Shown here: in pieces, positions 1-13,734 of the stretch
How positions within the stretch are numbered: position 1 is the stretch's first letter
How the letters are laid out: each line of letters opens with the position of its first letter
Origin: Candidatus Omnitrophota bacterium
GTDB lineage: Bacteria; Omnitrophota; Gorgyraeia; Gygaellales; Profunditerraquicolaceae
Direction: 5' to 3'
DNA length: 64,000 nucleotides
Assembly (NCBI GenBank): GCA_011620275.1
Contig: WOZK01000012.1
Coordinates: 31,665 to 95,664 of the forward strand
The notes under the pieces: generated by a model
What the model was told of the DNA's origin: nothing
Database searches by the model: none
Seen by the model: the letters and a program-made list of their open reading frames with translations, nothing else
Position numbers and translations under genes: made by a program

Positions 1-10
1 CTCTGCTCAA

Positions 11-286
11 TCAAACAGCTTCCAGTTTCTGTCCCTGTTCCAAAGTAACTACCGCCTTCTTGGTGTCGGAAGTCCGGCCTTCCTGACGCCGCACCCTTTT
101 GATCTTTCCCTTGTAAACGAAAGTGTTGACGCCGGTGACCTTGACTTTATAAATCTTCTCCACTGCCCGCCTGACCTGAAGTTTATTGGCGTTTATATCC
201 ACCAATAACAAATATTTATTCTGCCGCCCCATGCGCGTAGACTTCTCTGTGCCGAGTATGGATTTTACGACTTGATGTGAAATCAT
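11..286 (-). CDS. rplW: 50S ribosomal protein L23
   Basis: TEKS...NKY...ANKLQVRRAVEKIYKVKV...KKAVVTL motifs; S10 operon position. Confidence 0.97.
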   Translation of the reverse strand: MISHQVVKSILGTEKSTRMGRQNKYLLLVDINANKLQVRRAVEKIYKVKVTGVNTFVYKGKIKRVRRQEGRTSDTKKAVVTLEQGQKLEAV

Positions 287-930
287 TTGTTGAACCTCTC
301 AAGCAATACGGTTAAAGCTCCTTTGGTGCAGACTATCGTCTTGTGCGACAATAGCTCGTAAGCGTTGGTGTCGCCGGCCCTGGAGACGCGCAGGCCTGCT
401 ATGTTGCCGGCGGCCCTGCCCACGTTACCGTCCACTTTATCTACCAGAAGCAGGCATCTGATATCCGGGGTTTTCCGGGACTGTTTCATCCCGAGCGCGG
501 AAAGAACGGAAGCAATCTCCCTGGTCTTGCCGGCCGTGGCCTTTATATCATCAAGCACTTTCACGGCGTTCTCCGAGACTTTAACGGAAAAAGCCTCTTT
601 CAGGGCGCCGCGCTTGATCTTTGCAGGCAGAGAATACGAAAAATCCCTGGGATGCGGCCCGAAGACCACGCCGCCGTGGTACCACAAAGGATTACGGCTG
701 GAGCCAACCCTGGCGCGCCCGGTGCCTTTCTGTTTCCACGGCTTGCGTCCGCCGCCGGAAACTTCGCCGCGGGTCTTCGTGGAGGCTAACCCCTTGCGCT
801 GTCCTGCACGCAGGTTTACGATGGCTTGATAAATCAAAGAAGTATTTAGTTTATCACTAATTACTTCTTTGTCAAGCTTTATGCTGTCTACTTCTTTGCC
901 TTTTGCGTCTAAAACCGGTAATGTTATCAT
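283..930 (-). CDS. rplD: 50S ribosomal protein L4
   Basis: TKTRGEVSGGGRKPWKQKGTGRARVGS signature. Confidence 0.98.
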   Translation of the reverse strand: MITLPVLDAKGKEVDSIKLDKEVISDKLNTSLIYQAIVNLRAGQRKGLASTKTRGEVSGGGRKPWKQKGTGRARVGSSRNPLWYHGGVVFGPHPRDFSYSLPAKIKRGALKEAFSVKVSENAVKVLDDIKATAGKTREIASVLSALGMKQSRKTPDIRCLLLVDKVDGNVGRAAGNIAGLRVSRAGDTNAYELLSHKTIVCTKGALTVLLERFNK

Positions 931-960
931 TTTCTCGACGGGATAATGCTTCTTGTTGTT

Positions 961-1584
961 TTAGCTTTTCTTAACCTTCTTCTTTTTTGCGCTGCGTATA
1001 AGCACCAGCCCGTTTTTAGGCCCGGGAACGGCGCCTGTGACCAGGATGACGTTGCTTTCAGCATCTACCGCGGCTACCTTCAGGTTCTGAACGGTAACAC
1101 GCGAGCTCCCCATGTGGCCGGGCATGTGATGACCTTTAATGACTCTGCCCGGCGTGGTGCTGGAGCCGATGGAACCTACGCGCCTGCGGGAAGTCGAGCC
1201 GTGTGTCATCGGGCCACCCTTCCAATGCCATCTCTTCATGCCGCCCTGGAACCCCTTGCCGATGCTAACTCCGGTAACGTCCACGGAATCGCCTTCCTTG
1301 AAACAATCCGCCTTGATCTGGTCTCCGGCCTTGAATTCAGTCCCTGCGTCGCGCGGTATCTCCCTGATATATCTATGCGCCGCCGTTCCGGCCTTCTTGA
1401 AAACTCCGAGTAGAGGCTTGTTGCTCTTGGATTCCTTGCTTTTTCCGAAAGCCACCTGCAGACTCTTATCCTTCACGCAGAGCACCGGGCAGGGGCCGGC
1501 CTCGACGGCCGTGACCGTGATCCTCACGCCGCCAGCGCTGAATATCTGAGTCATCCCTATTTTCCTGCCTAATATTCCACCCAT
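961..1584 (-). CDS. rplC: 50S ribosomal protein L3
   Basis: GRKIGMTQ, GKGFQGGMKRW, MPGHMG motifs. Confidence 0.98.
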   Translation of the reverse strand: MGGILGRKIGMTQIFSAGGVRITVTAVEAGPCPVLCVKDKSLQVAFGKSKESKSNKPLLGVFKKAGTAAHRYIREIPRDAGTEFKAGDQIKADCFKEGDSVDVTGVSIGKGFQGGMKRWHWKGGPMTHGSTSRRRVGSIGSSTTPGRVIKGHHMPGHMGSSRVTVQNLKVAAVDAESNVILVTGAVPGPKNGLVLIRSAKKKKVKKS

Positions 1585-1650
1585 CTTGACAAATCCCTTT
1601 TTATTGTATAAAGCGGCGCCTCTTGCGCTGGAACAAGCGTGACGCGGCCG

Positions 1651-1953
1651 TTACTTTATCTCTACGTCGACGCCAGCCGGTAAATTCAGTTTTCTCAGAG
1701 AATCTATGGTCTTGGATGTCGGCTCGTAAATATCTATAAGCCGCTTGTGGGTAAAGAGACCGAACTGCTCCCTGGATTTTTTATCTATGACGGGAGAACA
1801 AAGAACGGTGTAAATTTCCCTCTTGGTAGGCAACGGAACGGGACCGGAAATCTTCGCTCCCGTGCGCCTGACCGTATCCACTATCTCTTCGACTGTCTGA
1901 TCCAGTAAGCGGTGATCGTATGCTTTAAGTTTTATGCGTATTTTCTGATTCAT
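1651..1953 (-). CDS. rpsJ: 30S ribosomal protein S10
   Basis: [15 protein letters not shown]...GPVPLPT...HKRLIDI. Confidence 0.98.
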   Translation of the reverse strand: MNQKIRIKLKAYDHRLLDQTVEEIVDTVRRTGAKISGPVPLPTKREIYTVLCSPVIDKKSREQFGLFTHKRLIDIYEPTSKTIDSLRKLNLPAGVDVEIK

Positions 1954-1979
1954 CGGTTGTTCCGTTCAGTCTCCGCTCC

Positions 1980-2010
1980 TCCGCGGCCGGTCCTTACGGC
2001 CGGCCGCGGA
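1980..2010 (-). promoter_or_regulatory. GC-rich hairpin with GUAA tetraloop between tuf and rpsJ
   Basis: Perfect 11-bp inverted repeat TCCGCGGCCGG/CCGGCCGCGGA enclosing CC-GTAA-GG on the minus strand; no U-tract, function unknown. Confidence 0.5.
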
Positions 2011-2032
2011 AGCCGAAGATCATTCTTCCGTA

Positions 2033-3235
2033 TTAAGCGATTATCTCGGTGACTACTCCTGCGCCGACGGTATGACCGCCTTCGCGTATAGCGAAACGAG
2101 ACTCTTTTTCCATGGCGATAGGAGTTATCAGCTCCACTTCAAATTGCACGTTGTCTCCCGGCATTACCATTTCCACGCCCTGCGGAAGCTTGGACGAGCC
2201 GGTGACGTCGGTCGTGCGGAAATAGAACTGCGGCCTGTACCCGGAGAAAAACGGGGTGTGCCTGCCGCCCTCTTCCTTGGTCAGGATGTAAACCTGCGCC
2301 TTGAACTTGGTATGCGGGGTGATCGACTTCGGCGCGGCGATTACCATCCCGCGCTCGATATCTTTCTTGTCCACGCCTCTGAGCAGAAGCCCGACGTTGT
2401 CTCCGGCCTGCCCTTCGTCCAGGGTCTTCCTGAACATCTCTATTCCGGTAACGACGCTCTTCTTGACTTCCGGGCGCAGCCCGATTATCTCGACTTCGTC
2501 GTTGACCTTAACCTTGCCGCGCTCGATCCTTCCGGTACCGACGGTTCCGCGGCCCTCGATCGTGAACACATCTTCCACCGCCATCAGCATCGGCTTATCC
2601 AGTTCGCGGGTCGGCAGCGGGATGAACTCATCGGCCGCCTTAACCAGCTCCAGGATAGGCGCCGCTTCAGGGCTGTTGGGATCGGTGCACTGCAGCGCTT
2701 TCAGGGCGCTCCCCTTGATGATCGGGGTCTTATCGCCCGGATAGCCGTACTTGGTGAGCAAATCCCTGATCTCCATCTCCACCAGGTCGAGCAGTTCCTT
2801 GTCGGTTACGATATCGACCTTGTTCAGGAAGACTACCATCGCCGGAACGTTGACCTGCCTGGCCAATAGGATATGCTCCCTGGTCTGGGGCATCGGGCCG
2901 TCGGCGGCTGAGACCACCAGTATGGCCCCGTCCATCTGAGCCGCGCCGGTGATCATGTTCTTTATGTAATCCGCGTGTCCCGGGCAGTCGATATGCGCGT
3001 AATGCCTGTTGTCGGTCTCGTATTCCACGTGAGCGACCGAAATCGTGACAACCTTGGTCTCGTCCCTTACCGTGCCGCCCTTGGCGATATCGGCATATTC
3101 CCTTGCCTGCGCTTTTCCCATCTTCGAAAGAACATGGGTAATGGCTGCCGTCAGGGTGGTCTTGCCGTGATCGATGTGGCCGATTGTACCTATGTTCGCG
3201 TGCGGTTTACTTCTCACAAACTTCTCTTTAGCCAT
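2033..3235 (-). CDS. tuf: Elongation factor Tu
   Basis: [21 protein letters not shown]; follows fusA. Confidence 0.99.
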   Translation of the reverse strand: MAKEKFVRSKPHANIGTIGHIDHGKTTLTAAITHVLSKMGKAQAREYADIAKGGTVRDETKVVTISVAHVEYETDNRHYAHIDCPGHADYIKNMITGAAQMDGAILVVSAADGPMPQTREHILLARQVNVPAMVVFLNKVDIVTDKELLDLVEMEIRDLLTKYGYPGDKTPIIKGSALKALQCTDPNSPEAAPILELVKAADEFIPLPTRELDKPMLMAVEDVFTIEGRGTVGTGRIERGKVKVNDEVEIIGLRPEVKKSVVTGIEMFRKTLDEGQAGDNVGLLLRGVDKKDIERGMVIAAPKSITPHTKFKAQVYILTKEEGGRHTPFFSGYRPQFYFRTTDVTGSSKLPQGVEMVMPGDNVQFEVELITPIAMEKESRFAIREGGHTVGAGVVTEIIA

Positions 3236-3256
3236 TACGTCACCTCCTAAGTTTAA

Positions 3257-5350
3257 TTATGCACCCTTGCGTGAACTTATCCCTGCGACTATTTTCTCTG
3301 ATATATGTGAAGGCACCTCTGCGTAGAACGAAGGCTCCATTGTATAAGACGCGCGCCCTTGTGTCAAGGATCTCAACACGGTAGCGTAATTGAACACCTC
3401 CGACAACGGCACGTGCGCTCTTATAGCCCTTACGTTGCTTCTGGGAGTTATCGAGATTATCTTGGCGCGCCGAGAGCTGAGGTCGCCGATAACCGCTCCC
3501 ATGAATTCCTCCGGGGTGGTCGCCTCCAGGTCCATGATCGGCTCAAGCAGGAACGACTTAGCCTTCGCCAAACCCTCTTTCAACCCGATGCTTGCCGCCA
3601 TCTTGAACGACATCTCGGATGAATCGACGTCATGATACGAACCGTCAACCAGGGTGACTTTTATATCGGTGACCGGATAACCGGCGAGGATACCGCTTTT
3701 CGCCGTCTCAAAAATACCCTGTTTCACGGCCGGGATATACTCCTGCGGGATCGCTCCACCTTTTATTTTGTTCTCGAAAGTGACCCCCAGTCCGGGCGCT
3801 TCCTGGGGCTCCACATCTATGACCACGTGCCCGTACTGGCCGCGGCCGCCGCTCTGCTGAATAAACTTTCCGGTCACGTTCACCTTCTGGCGCACGGTCT
3901 CGCGGTAAGCTACTTGAGGCACCCCTACCTGCACATCCACATTGAACTCGCGCAGAAGGCGGTCGGTGATGATCTCCAAATGCAACTGCCCCATCCCCGA
4001 CATCAAGGTCTGGCCGGTCTCCTGGTTATAAGTGATGCGGAAAGTCGGGTCTTCTTCGGACAGTTTGTGCAACGACATACCGAGCCGCTCCTGATCGTTC
4101 TTGGTCTTTGGCTCGATAGACTGAGAAAGCACCGGCTCCGGGAATTTCATCGCTTCCAGCAGGATCTGGTTGTTCTCGTTGCAAAGGGTATCTCCTGTCT
4201 TGGTATCCTTCAGCCCCACTACGGCCACGATGTCCCCGGCGTAAGCCGCTTCGATTATCTCCTGACGGTTGGAGTGCATCTTCAAAAGCTTGGTCACGCG
4301 CTCCTTCACCCTTCGAGCGGCGTTATAAATATAAGTCCCGGAAGTCAGCGTCCCGGCGTAAATCCTGGTATAATTCAGTTTTCCCACGAACGGATCGGTG
4401 GCTATCTTGAAGCACAACGCTGTCAGAGGCGCGTCGTCTTCGGTCTTGATCTCCTCGAAATCTCCGCTGTCAGGCTTTGTCCCTTTGATGGGCGGCAGAT
4501 CCAGAGGCGAAGGCAGATAGTCGCATACCGCGTCCAACAGCAGCTGCACGCCTTTGTTCTTGAAAGAGGTGCCGCAAAGCACCGGCACGAATTTGTTCTC
4601 GATTACGCCTTTGCGCACTGCCTTCTTTATCTCCTCGGCCCCGATCTCCTGTCCGCCGAGGTATTTCTCCATGATCCCGTCGTCCGCCTCGGAAAGCCTC
4701 TCCAGCATTTCGCTGCGCAGGCGCTCGGCCTCGGCCTTCAAGTCATCCGGCCATCCCGGGACGACCTCCTGTTCTTTTCCGAGATCATCCTTGTAAATAA
4801 TGGTCTTCTTTTCTATAAGATCAAGAATGCCTTTGAAGTTCTCCTCCTGGCCGTAATTGAACTGTATGGCCGCGGCATTCGCCCCGAGTTTATCGTGTAT
4901 CTGTTTGATCACCTCGCGCATGCTGCTGCCGGTCCTGTCCATCTTGTTGATGTAGGCTATGCGCGGAACATGGTAACGTTCTGCCTGGCGCCAGACCGTC
5001 TCGGACTGCGGTTCAACTCCGCCGACTCCGCAGAAAACCACCACGGCTCCGTCGAGGACCTTGAGTGAACGCTCCACCTCCACGGTAAAATCCACGTGTC
5101 CGGGGGTGTCGATTATATTGATGAAACAATCCTTCCAGCGGCAGGTGGTGGCGGCCGCGGTGATGGTAATGCCGCGCTCCTGCTCCTGCGGCATCCAGTC
5201 CATGACGGCGTTGCCGTCGTGCACTTCCCCGATCTTATAAGTCTTACCGGTATAAAAAAGAATGCGTTCGGTAGTGGTGGTCTTCCCGGCATCAATGTGC
5301 GCGATGATACCGATATTCCTTAATTTATCTAAAGGTATCTGTCTGGCCAT
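3257..5350 (-). CDS. fusA: Elongation factor G
   Basis: [29 protein letters not shown]; start placed at ATG 5350 (MARQIPL). Confidence 0.98.
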   Translation of the reverse strand: MARQIPLDKLRNIGIIAHIDAGKTTTTERILFYTGKTYKIGEVHDGNAVMDWMPQEQERGITITAAATTCRWKDCFINIIDTPGHVDFTVEVERSLKVLDGAVVVFCGVGGVEPQSETVWRQAERYHVPRIAYINKMDRTGSSMREVIKQIHDKLGANAAAIQFNYGQEENFKGILDLIEKKTIIYKDDLGKEQEVVPGWPDDLKAEAERLRSEMLERLSEADDGIMEKYLGGQEIGAEEIKKAVRKGVIENKFVPVLCGTSFKNKGVQLLLDAVCDYLPSPLDLPPIKGTKPDSGDFEEIKTEDDAPLTALCFKIATDPFVGKLNYTRIYAGTLTSGTYIYNAARRVKERVTKLLKMHSNRQEIIEAAYAGDIVAVVGLKDTKTGDTLCNENNQILLEAMKFPEPVLSQSIEPKTKNDQERLGMSLHKLSEEDPTFRITYNQETGQTLMSGMGQLHLEIITDRLLREFNVDVQVGVPQVAYRETVRQKVNVTGKFIQQSGGRGQYGHVVIDVEPQEAPGLGVTFENKIKGGAIPQEYIPAVKQGIFETAKSGILAGYPVTDIKVTLVDGSYHDVDSSEMSFKMAASIGLKEGLAKAKSFLLEPIMDLEATTPEEFMGAVIGDLSSRRAKIISITPRSNVRAIRAHVPLSEVFNYATVLRSLTQGRASYTMEPSFYAEVPSHISEKIVAGISSRKGA

Positions 5351-5360
5351 ATTCTTTCCC

Positions 5361-5831
5361 TTACCACCTGAAATGGGCAAAAGCCTTGTTAGACTCAGCC
5401 ATTTTGTGGGTATCGTCCCTCTTCTTTATGCTCGAGCCTTCGTTTTTATAAGCCGCTATGATCTCATCGGCCAACCTCTGATCCATGGACTTGCCTTTCT
5501 TGCCGCGGGCGAAATCCCGTATCCAACGCAGGGCTATCGAGGTGCCGCGCTCCTGCCGGACTTCGATCGGGACCTGGTAGGTGGCGCCTCCGACCCTGCG
5601 GGGTTTGACTTCCAGCCTGGGCCTGGCGTTGTCTATTGCCTTGTGGAATATCTTGAGGACATCCGGCTCGTTCAAGTGCTGTCTGACGATCTCGAACGCC
5701 CCGTATACTATGCTTTCCGCAACGGCCTTCTTACCCTCATACATCACCATATTTATGAACTTGCCGACGATCTTGCTGTTGAACTTCGGATCAGCCGCTA
5801 TTTCCTTTTCTTGTGCCTTTCTTCTTCTCAT
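5361..5831 (-). CDS. rpsG: 30S ribosomal protein S7
   Basis: [26 protein letters not shown]. Confidence 0.99.
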   Translation of the reverse strand: MRRRKAQEKEIAADPKFNSKIVGKFINMVMYEGKKAVAESIVYGAFEIVRQHLNEPDVLKIFHKAIDNARPRLEVKPRRVGGATYQVPIEVRQERGTSIALRWIRDFARGKKGKSMDQRLADEIIAAYKNEGSSIKKRDDTHKMAESNKAFAHFRW

Positions 5832-5850
5832 ATCGCTGCTACGCTCCTAT

Positions 5851-6225
5851 TTAAGCTTTAGGCCTTTTGGCGCCGTATTTAGACCGGGACTTCCTGCGCG
5901 CGCTTACTCCAGCGGCATCGAGACTGCCCCTGACTATATGATACCTTACACCGGGGAGGTCCTTGACGCGTCCGCCCCTGACCAGGACGATCGAATGCTC
6001 CTGAAGATTGTGCCCTTCCCCAGGGATGTAGGCGGTGACTTCTATGCCGGTGGTGAGCCTGACCCTGGCTATCTTGCGCAAAGCCGAGTTGGGCTTTTTC
6101 GGGGTCATCGTCCTGACCTGCAGGCACACGCCCCGGCGCTGCGGGCATGCCTTCAAAGCAGGGGACTTCGTCTTCTTTTTCTTGGAGATCCTACCTAACC
6201 TGATTAGCTGTGTGATTGTCGGCAT
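5851..6225 (-). CDS. rpsL: 30S ribosomal protein S12
   Basis: [21 protein letters not shown]. Confidence 0.99.
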   Translation of the reverse strand: MPTITQLIRLGRISKKKKTKSPALKACPQRRGVCLQVRTMTPKKPNSALRKIARVRLTTGIEVTAYIPGEGHNLQEHSIVLVRGGRVKDLPGVRYHIVRGSLDAAGVSARRKSRSKYGAKRPKA

Positions 6226-6229
6226 ATAT

Positions 6230-9200
6230 TTATTCCTTTACGGTTTCTTCTGCGGCAACAGGCTCTGCGGCCTCCACAGGCACGGCATCTGCTGACTTTT
6301 GTATTTTTATTTCCCGGTGGGTATGGAATCCCGTTCCTGCCGGGATCAAATGTCCCACGATAACGTTCTCTTTCAGACCGAACAGATCGTCTTTCTTACC
6401 GGCAGCCGCGGCCTCGGTCAGGACGCGAGTGGTCTCCTGGAAGCTTGCCGCGGATATGAAACTGTCCGTAGTCAGCGAAGCCTTGGTGATGCCCAGCAGC
6501 AGCGGAGTCGCCGAGGCCGGTTTGCCGCCCTTTTTCAGCACTTCCGCGTTAGCCTGCCTGAATGTCCACTTGTCCACCTGCTGCCCCACCAGGAACTCGC
6601 TGTCCCCGGGATTTTCTATACGGACCTTCTTAAGCATCTGCCTGATGATAACTTCAATATGCTTGTCGTTTATGCGTACGCCCTGCAGGCGGTAAACCTC
6701 CTGTATCTCGTTTACCAGGTACTCCTGCAGCACCTTGTCGCCGCAGACACGCAGGATGTCCTGCAGGACCACCGGTCCGTCGGTGAGCTGCTGACCGGCC
6801 GCGACCTTGTCCGCCTTGTAAACGTTGGGGTGTTTCCCGTGCGGGATGGCATACTCCCTTGACATCCCTGTCGGGGACTTGACGACAATCACCCTCTGGC
6901 CTTTTTTCGTCTCACCAAATTCTATGAACCCGTCGATCTCGCTGATAACGGCCGGGTCTTTCGGCCTTCTGGCCTCGAACAGCTCCGCCACGCGCGGCAA
7001 ACCGCCGGTGATGTCCCTGGTCTTGACGACCAATCTGGGTATCTTGGCCAGCATGTCTCCGGCGTCGACCGTCTGGCCGTCCTTGACCAGTATATGCGCT
7101 CCGACGCTGATCGGGTATATGCCCATCACCTCGCCGGCCGCGCTTGCTATGACGATCTGCGGATGGAACTCCTGCTTGTGCTCGACCACTATGCGTTCGG
7201 TCAACTTTGTGACCGGATTAAGTTCTTCCTGTATGGTCTGGCCTTCCTTGATATCCTCGTATTTTACTTTACCGCCGACCTCGGTAAGGATCGGGATCGT
7301 ATACGGGTCCCAGCGCACGAAAGCCACGCCCTTGTTGATCTCCGCCCCATCGGCCACGCTGATGAAAGCCCCCTGAGGAACGGTATAGCGTTCTAACTCC
7401 CTGCCCTGTTCGTCGTTGATGCTGATGCTTCCGTTCCTGTTGAGTACCACGAACTCCTTGTTCTTGTCGGTGACGCGCAGGCCGTGATACTTTACCATGC
7501 CCTTGTTCTTGGACTTGTAGAGCGACTGCTCTACGGTCCTGGACGCCGTGCCTCCTATATGGAACGTTCTCATCGTCAACTGCGTGCCCGGCTCGCCGAT
7601 ACTCTGCGCGGCCACGACACCCACGGCGTCTCCGATTTCGACCAGCCTTCCGCTGGCGAGGTTGCGGCCGTAGCACTTTGAGCAAACTCCCCTGCCGGAT
7701 TCGCATGTAAGAACGCTGCGGATACGTATGCGCTCTATGCCGAGCCTCTCGATCATCTCCGCCTTCTCCTCCGTGATCTCCAAGCCCTGCTCGACGATGA
7801 CCTCGTCGGTGATGATGTCCACGATGTTATCGAGCGCGACTCGCCCGGCGATGCGGTCCTTGAGGCTGACCACCACTTCGTCGCCCTCGATGATTGCCGA
7901 GACGGTAATCCCGTTAAGAGTGCCGCAGTCATCCTCCTCGATAATCACCTCCTGCGCAACATCCACCAGCCTCCTGGTAAGGTATCCGGCGTCGGCCGTC
8001 TTCAAGGCCGTGTCGGCGAGGCCTTTCCTTGCGCCGTGCGTAGAGATAAAATACTCGAGAACCGTCAACCCCTCGCGAAAATTGGCGGTAATCGGGTTCT
8101 CGATGATCTCGCCGGAAGGCTTGGCCATCAGACCTCGCATGCCGGCAAGCTGCCTGACTTGCAGTTTAGAACCGCGAGCCCCGGAATCGGCCATGATGAA
8201 AATCGGATTAAATTTCGGCATCTCTTTGAAAAGAAGGTCGGATATCTTATCGGTTGTATGCGTCCAGATATCGATAACCTTGCTCTTGCGTTCCCTGTCG
8301 GTAATAATACCCCGGCGGTACTGTTCTTCAACTTTGGAGACCTCCGCTCTGGATTCCTTGAGCACGTCCTGTTTCTCTTTCGGGACCAGCAGGTCGTCCA
8401 TACCTATGGATATCCCGCCCAGGGTCGCGTAAATAAACCCGAGCTTCTTGCTCTCGTCGACCAGCTGGATGGTACGCTGGTGGCCGTAACGCTTATAGCA
8501 GACGGCGACTATGTTGCCTACCAGGCCCTTATTCAACTCCTTATTGACGAATCCGAAATCGGACGGCAGTAAACGGTTAAAAATGACCCTGCCGGGAGTG
8601 GTCTCTATGATCTGCCTGCCGTCGATCCTGTTGCCTTCGGCAATGTCCATTACCTGGTCGACGCGCAGCCTGATCTTGGCGTGCAGATCCGCTTCCTTGT
8701 CCTCATAGGCGGTTATTACCTCGGAAGCGTCGGCGAAAATACGGTTCTCCCCCTTGCCGCCCTCTTTCATTTTGGTCAGGTAGGAAACGCCGAGAATGAT
8801 GTCCTGCGTAGGAGAAATTATCGGCCGGCCGTCGGCGGGCGAAAAAAGGTTGTTCACCGACATCATCAGCACCCGGACCTCGATCTGGGCTTCGAGAGAT
8901 AGCGGCACGTGAACGGCCATCTGGTCTCCGTCGAAGTCGGCGTTGAACGCAGTACAAACGAGAGGATGTATCTTTATCGCCTTACCCTCGATAAGCACCG
9001 GCTGAAAAGCCTGAATGCTCAGTCTGTGCAACGTCGGCGCGCGGTTGAGCATTACCGGATGGTCTTTAATGACCTCATCCAGTATATCCCACACCTCTAT
9101 CTTGCCGCGCTCCACCATGCGGCGCGCGCCCTTGATGGTATGCACGAAACCCTTCTCACGGAGCTTCTTTATGATGAACGGTTCAAAAAGTTCCAGCGCC

Positions 9201-10285
9201 ATCTGCTTGGGCAGTCCGCATTCGTTCAGACTCAATTCGGGGCCGACGACAATTACCGAACGGCCGGAATAATCCACGCGTTTGCCGAGCAGGTTCTGGC
9301 GGAAACGCCCCTGTTTACCCTTGAGCATATCGGAAAGGGACTTCAACGGACGGTTGTTGGCTGCGACCACGGCGCGGCCGTGCCTGCCGTTATCGAGCAG
9401 GGCGTCCACCGCCTCCTGGAGCATCCTCTTCTCGTTGCGGATGATGATCTCCGGGGCGTTCAGCTCGATGAGTTTCTTCAAACGGTTATTGCGATTGATT
9501 ACCCTGCGGTAAAGATCGTTGAGATCGGAACTGGCGAAACGCCCTCCGTCAAGCGGCACCAGCGGACGCAGGTCGGGAGGAATCACGGGAAGTATCTCCA
9601 GGATCATCCACTCCGCCTTGTTCCCGGATTTGCGGAAATCCTCGAGTACTTTTAAAGTCTTGGTATTGCGCCTGCCGCTTGTCTGCTCTTTTTCTTTGGA
9701 GAGTTCGCTGCGCAGCTGCTCGGCGTGCTTGTCGAGATCCACTTCCTTCAGCAGTTCGCTGACCGCCTCGGCGCCTATCATGGCCTTGAAGCTCGCGCCG
9801 TATTTGACGACGGCTTCCTGATACTGCTCTTCAGTCAAAAGCTCCTTTTTCTTCAACGGGGAGTCGCCCGGATCAACCACCACGTATTCCTCGTAATAAA
9901 TCACCTTCTCCAGGTCGCGCAGACCTATATCGAGGATAGCGGAAAGGCGCGAAGGCACCGCCTTGAAAAACCAGATATGCGTGACAGGCGCGGCCAGCTC
10001 AATGTGACCCATGCGGTCCCTGCGCACGGAAGAATGATCCACGGTGACCCCGCAGCGGTCACAGGTAATTCCCTTGAATTTTATTCCTTTATACTTTCCG
10101 CAGTTGCATTCCCAGTCCCTGACGGGGCCGAATATCTTCTCGCAGAACAACCCGTCTTTTTCCGGTTTCAGCGTGCGGTAGTTTATAGTCTCCGCTTTTT
10201 TTACCTCGCCCTTGGACCAGCTCCTGATCACCTGGGGCGAAGCGATCTTGATCGAAATACGGTCAAAGGAATTAATTTCTTCCAT
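6230..10285 (-). CDS. rpoC: RNA polymerase beta' subunit
   Basis: NADFDGD catalytic motif, zinc-binding Cys clusters; ATG 10285 (alternative GTG 10291). Confidence 0.99.
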   Translation of the reverse strand: MEEINSFDRISIKIASPQVIRSWSKGEVKKAETINYRTLKPEKDGLFCEKIFGPVRDWECNCGKYKGIKFKGITCDRCGVTVDHSSVRRDRMGHIELAAPVTHIWFFKAVPSRLSAILDIGLRDLEKVIYYEEYVVVDPGDSPLKKKELLTEEQYQEAVVKYGASFKAMIGAEAVSELLKEVDLDKHAEQLRSELSKEKEQTSGRRNTKTLKVLEDFRKSGNKAEWMILEILPVIPPDLRPLVPLDGGRFASSDLNDLYRRVINRNNRLKKLIELNAPEIIIRNEKRMLQEAVDALLDNGRHGRAVVAANNRPLKSLSDMLKGKQGRFRQNLLGKRVDYSGRSVIVVGPELSLNECGLPKQMALELFEPFIIKKLREKGFVHTIKGARRMVERGKIEVWDILDEVIKDHPVMLNRAPTLHRLSIQAFQPVLIEGKAIKIHPLVCTAFNADFDGDQMAVHVPLSLEAQIEVRVLMMSVNNLFSPADGRPIISPTQDIILGVSYLTKMKEGGKGENRIFADASEVITAYEDKEADLHAKIRLRVDQVMDIAEGNRIDGRQIIETTPGRVIFNRLLPSDFGFVNKELNKGLVGNIVAVCYKRYGHQRTIQLVDESKKLGFIYATLGGISIGMDDLLVPKEKQDVLKESRAEVSKVEEQYRRGIITDRERKSKVIDIWTHTTDKISDLLFKEMPKFNPIFIMADSGARGSKLQVRQLAGMRGLMAKPSGEIIENPITANFREGLTVLEYFISTHGARKGLADTALKTADAGYLTRRLVDVAQEVIIEEDDCGTLNGITVSAIIEGDEVVVSLKDRIAGRVALDNIVDIITDEVIVEQGLEITEEKAEMIERLGIERIRIRSVLTCESGRGVCSKCYGRNLASGRLVEIGDAVGVVAAQSIGEPGTQLTMRTFHIGGTASRTVEQSLYKSKNKGMVKYHGLRVTDKNKEFVVLNRNGSISINDEQGRELERYTVPQGAFISVADGAEINKGVAFVRWDPYTIPILTEVGGKVKYEDIKEGQTIQEELNPVTKLTERIVVEHKQEFHPQIVIASAAGEVMGIYPISVGAHILVKDGQTVDAGDMLAKIPRLVVKTRDITGGLPRVAELFEARRPKDPAVISEIDGFIEFGETKKGQRVIVVKSPTGMSREYAIPHGKHPNVYKADKVAAGQQLTDGPVVLQDILRVCGDKVLQEYLVNEIQEVYRLQGVRINDKHIEVIIRQMLKKVRIENPGDSEFLVGQQVDKWTFRQANAEVLKKGGKPASATPLLLGITKASLTTDSFISAASFQETTRVLTEAAAAGKKDDLFGLKENVIVGHLIPAGTGFHTHREIKIQKSADAVPVEAAEPVAAEETVKE

Positions 10286-13200
10286 TTTCACTTTCCTTCT
10301 TCTCCGTGCGAATGTCCAGGCACAGTCCTTGTAATTCCTTTATCAGGACGTTGAACGATTCCGGCGTCCCGTATGTTAGCCTTTGTTCGCCCTTGACTAT
10401 GGCTTCGTATATATGCGTCCTGCCGGTAACGTCGTCGCTCTTGACGGTAAGCATCTCCTGCAGGGTGAACGCCGCGCCGTAAGCCTCCAGGGCCCAAACT
10501 TCCATCTCTCCCAGCCTCTGGCCTCCGAACTGGGCCTTGCCGCCGAGCGGCTGCTGTGTGACGAGGGAATACGGCCCTATTGAACGGGCATGTATCTTTT
10601 CGTCCACCAGATGAATGAGCTTCATAATATAAATGTACCCCACACAGACCTTCTGGTCGAACTTCTCCCCGGTAAAGCCGTCGTAAAGGTTTATCTTGCC
10701 TTCTTCCGGCAGGTTCGCCTTGCGCAGAAGTTCCTTGATCTCCGCCTCGCTGGCTCCGTCGAAAACCGGGGTGTCCACCGAAAACCCGAGCGCCTTTGCC
10801 GCCCATCCCAGATGCGTCTCCAAGATCTGGCCGACGTTCATGCGGGAAGGAACGCCCAGAGGATTCAGCACCACCTCAACCGGCCTTCCGTCCGGAAGAA
10901 AAGGCATATCTTCCTCGGGAAGGATGCGCGCGACCACGCCCTTGTTGCCGTGGCGGCCAGCGAGTTTGTCTCCCTGGGAGAGCCTGCGCTTTGTGGCGAT
11001 GTAAACCACGACCCGTTTCAACACACCGGGAGGCAGTTCATCGCCGCGTTTGACCCTGTCGATCTCCTGTTCCTGCTCGGAGAGCAATTCCTGGAGCTGT
11101 TCGTCGAAAGAAGCCGCTATTATCCTGGCTTCTTCGTTCTGATCGATGTCTATCACCGGGACCTTCTTCTTATCCACACCCAGGAACTGACTGAGCCTGT
11201 TGATCTTCTCGTTCTCGACGAACTCTATCTCCTGCCTATAATAGGCCTTGATCTCCTTTATACGCGCGAGCTCGGAGGTCTTCTCATCCTTGGATTTCCT
11301 GCCGCGGTCCTTGCGCTGAAAAATGTGCACGTCAACCACCACGCCCTCGACCCCGGGCGGAACGGCAAGAGACGTGTCGCGCACGTCGGAAGCCTTTTCG
11401 CCGAATATGGCGCGCAGCAGACGCTCTTCCGGCGATAATTCAGACTCCGTCTTGGGAGTGACCTTGCCGACCAGAATGTCCCCCGCCCCGACCTCGGCTC
11501 CGATGCGCACCACGCCGTCTTCGTCGAGGTTTTTCAGCGACTCCTCGCTGACATTGGGGATATCCCTGGTTATCTCCTCGTTGCCGAGGCGAGTCTCCGT
11601 CGCTTCTATCTCGAACTCCTCTATGTGTATCGAGGTAAACAGGTCCTCCCGGACCACCTTCTCGCTTATCAGTATGGCGTCCTCGAAGTTGTAACCTCTC
11701 CAGGGCATGAAAGCGCAGAGCAGGTTGCGGCCGAGGGCCAGTTCGCCTTTGCGCGTGCTGGTGCCGTCCGCCAGTACCTGCCCCTTCTCCACGTGCTCTC
11801 CGAGCTTGACGATCGGCCTCTGATTGAAACAAGTATCGGCGTTGGTCCTCTGGAACTTCTTTAAATGGTATATTCTTTTGCCTACCGTTATGGTAGAGGC
11901 GTCCACGCTGGTGATCTTGCCCGAATCCTCGGCGATCACCACGACCCCGGAATCGCGCGCGACCTTCCCTTCCATCTGCGTCCCCACCAGAGGAGCTTCC
12001 GGCACCATCAACGGCACGGCCTGTCTCTGCATGTTCGAACCCATCAGGGCGCGGTTAGCGTCGTCATGCTCGAGAAACGGGATAAGCGACGCGGCGACGG
12101 AAACCAACTGTTTAGGCGAGACGTCCATATACTGGACTTTATTGGGATGCACTTTCGGGAAATCGTCCCTGAAACGGCATGAAACTTCTTTCTCCAGGAA
12201 ATTTCCGTCGGAATCGATGGTGGCGTTGGCCTGGGCGATGATCTTATCCTCTTCCAGGTCTGCCGTGAGATATTCTATCTTGCGGGTCACCCTGCCGTTC
12301 TCGACTTTCCTGTAAGGCGTTTCCAGCAGCCCGAGCGCATTTACCCTGGCGTAACAACTCAAGGAGGAAATCAAACCGATATTCGGGCCTTCCGGGGTTT
12401 CTATGGGACAGATACGACCGTAATGCGAAGGATGTATGTCCCTGACCTCGAAGCCGGCCCTCTCCCTGGACAAACCTCCGGGGCCGAGCGCGCTCAGCCT
12501 TCTTTTATGCGTCATCTCGGCCAGGGGATTTATCTGGTCCATGAACTGGGACAGCTGGCTGCGCGAAAAGAAATCCCTGATCTGATTGGAAAGCAGTTTG
12601 GAATTAACGAGGTAATGCACGTTAAGGTTTTCCATCTCTCCCAGCAGGCTGATTCTCTCGACTATGGAACGTTCGACCCTGGAGAGACCGATCCTGACCT
12701 GGTTCTGCACGAGTTCGCCGACTGTCTTGACTCTGCGGTTACCCAGATGGTCTATATCGTCTATCTTGCCTTCCCCGCTCTTAAGCCTGATCAGATACTC
12801 GATGACCTTGATTACCGTGGCCGAATCCAGCACCCGCTTGTCCAGGGGGACATCCATCCCAAGCTTGCGGTTGAGGATGAAACGGCCGGCCTTTTCCAGG
12901 TCATACCTGGCGGGATCGAAGAACAAACGGTAAAAAAGCGCTTCCGCCGCCTCGCGCGTCACCGGTTCGCTGGGGCGCATCTTGCGGTAGAAATCTATAT
13001 AAGCTTCCTCTTTATTACGCGTGGAGTCTTTCTTAAGGGTATTCTCTATCTCCGGATACTGCTTGCCGAACACGGCTATGATCTCCTTGTCGGAAGAATA
13101 ACCCAGTATCCTCAATATCTGCGTGGCGGGAAAATTGCGGCGTCGGTCAACATAGGCGAGGATCGTCTCTGAAAGGTCATGTTTGAATTCCAGCCAAGCG

Positions 13201-13694
13201 CCCCTGTAGGGTATGATCCTGCCGTAAAATATCTTCTTGCCGGTGGGATGGTCCTCTTCCTCGAAGGAAACGCCGGGCGAACGCTGCAGCTGGCTGACGA
13301 CCACCCGTTCGTCACCGTTTATAATGAAAGTCCCGGTATCGGTCATCAGCGGGATCTCGCCGAAATAAGCCTCTTGTTCCTTGGCCTCCCGGGCGGTAGT
13401 CAGGCGGAAACGCACTTTCAAAGGCGCCCCGAAAGTGACCGAACGCCTCTTGGATTCCGGCAGATCATACTTGGGTTTTCCGAGCGAATAACTGAGGTAC
13501 TCCAGTTTTACGGAACGGTCCTGGTTCTCTATGGGAAATATCTCCTCGAAAACCTCCTGCAGCCCCTGACGCTTGCGTTCCGCCGCCGGCACATCTATCT
13601 GCAGGAAATCACGATACGACCCAAGCTGCATATCCAGCAAATGGGGCAGATCGTATGTTTCCTTCAGCTTACCGAAACTCTTTCTTTTCGCCAT
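10272..13694 (-). CDS. rpoB: RNA polymerase beta subunit
   Basis: [32 protein letters not shown]. Confidence 0.99.
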   Translation of the reverse strand: MAKRKSFGKLKETYDLPHLLDMQLGSYRDFLQIDVPAAERKRQGLQEVFEEIFPIENQDRSVKLEYLSYSLGKPKYDLPESKRRSVTFGAPLKVRFRLTTAREAKEQEAYFGEIPLMTDTGTFIINGDERVVVSQLQRSPGVSFEEEDHPTGKKIFYGRIIPYRGAWLEFKHDLSETILAYVDRRRNFPATQILRILGYSSDKEIIAVFGKQYPEIENTLKKDSTRNKEEAYIDFYRKMRPSEPVTREAAEALFYRLFFDPARYDLEKAGRFILNRKLGMDVPLDKRVLDSATVIKVIEYLIRLKSGEGKIDDIDHLGNRRVKTVGELVQNQVRIGLSRVERSIVERISLLGEMENLNVHYLVNSKLLSNQIRDFFSRSQLSQFMDQINPLAEMTHKRRLSALGPGGLSRERAGFEVRDIHPSHYGRICPIETPEGPNIGLISSLSCYARVNALGLLETPYRKVENGRVTRKIEYLTADLEEDKIIAQANATIDSDGNFLEKEVSCRFRDDFPKVHPNKVQYMDVSPKQLVSVAASLIPFLEHDDANRALMGSNMQRQAVPLMVPEAPLVGTQMEGKVARDSGVVVIAEDSGKITSVDASTITVGKRIYHLKKFQRTNADTCFNQRPIVKLGEHVEKGQVLADGTSTRKGELALGRNLLCAFMPWRGYNFEDAILISEKVVREDLFTSIHIEEFEIEATETRLGNEEITRDIPNVSEESLKNLDEDGVVRIGAEVGAGDILVGKVTPKTESELSPEERLLRAIFGEKASDVRDTSLAVPPGVEGVVVDVHIFQRKDRGRKSKDEKTSELARIKEIKAYYRQEIEFVENEKINRLSQFLGVDKKKVPVIDIDQNEEARIIAASFDEQLQELLSEQEQEIDRVKRGDELPPGVLKRVVVYIATKRRLSQGDKLAGRHGNKGVVARILPEEDMPFLPDGRPVEVVLNPLGVPSRMNVGQILETHLGWAAKALGFSVDTPVFDGASEAEIKELLRKANLPEEGKINLYDGFTGEKFDQKVCVGYIYIMKLIHLVDEKIHARSIGPYSLVTQQPLGGKAQFGGQRLGEMEVWALEAYGAAFTLQEMLTVKSDDVTGRTHIYEAIVKGEQRLTYGTPESFNVLIKELQGLCLDIRTEKKESENGRN

Positions 13695-13734
13695 GGTTAT
13701 TCCCGACCTTCTCTATAAATAACTCCCGAAACTT

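Noticed and set aside
1586-1612. Plus-strand TTGACA...TATAAA antisense promoter
   Set aside because: The spacer is only 15 nt and there is no downstream plus-strand gene.
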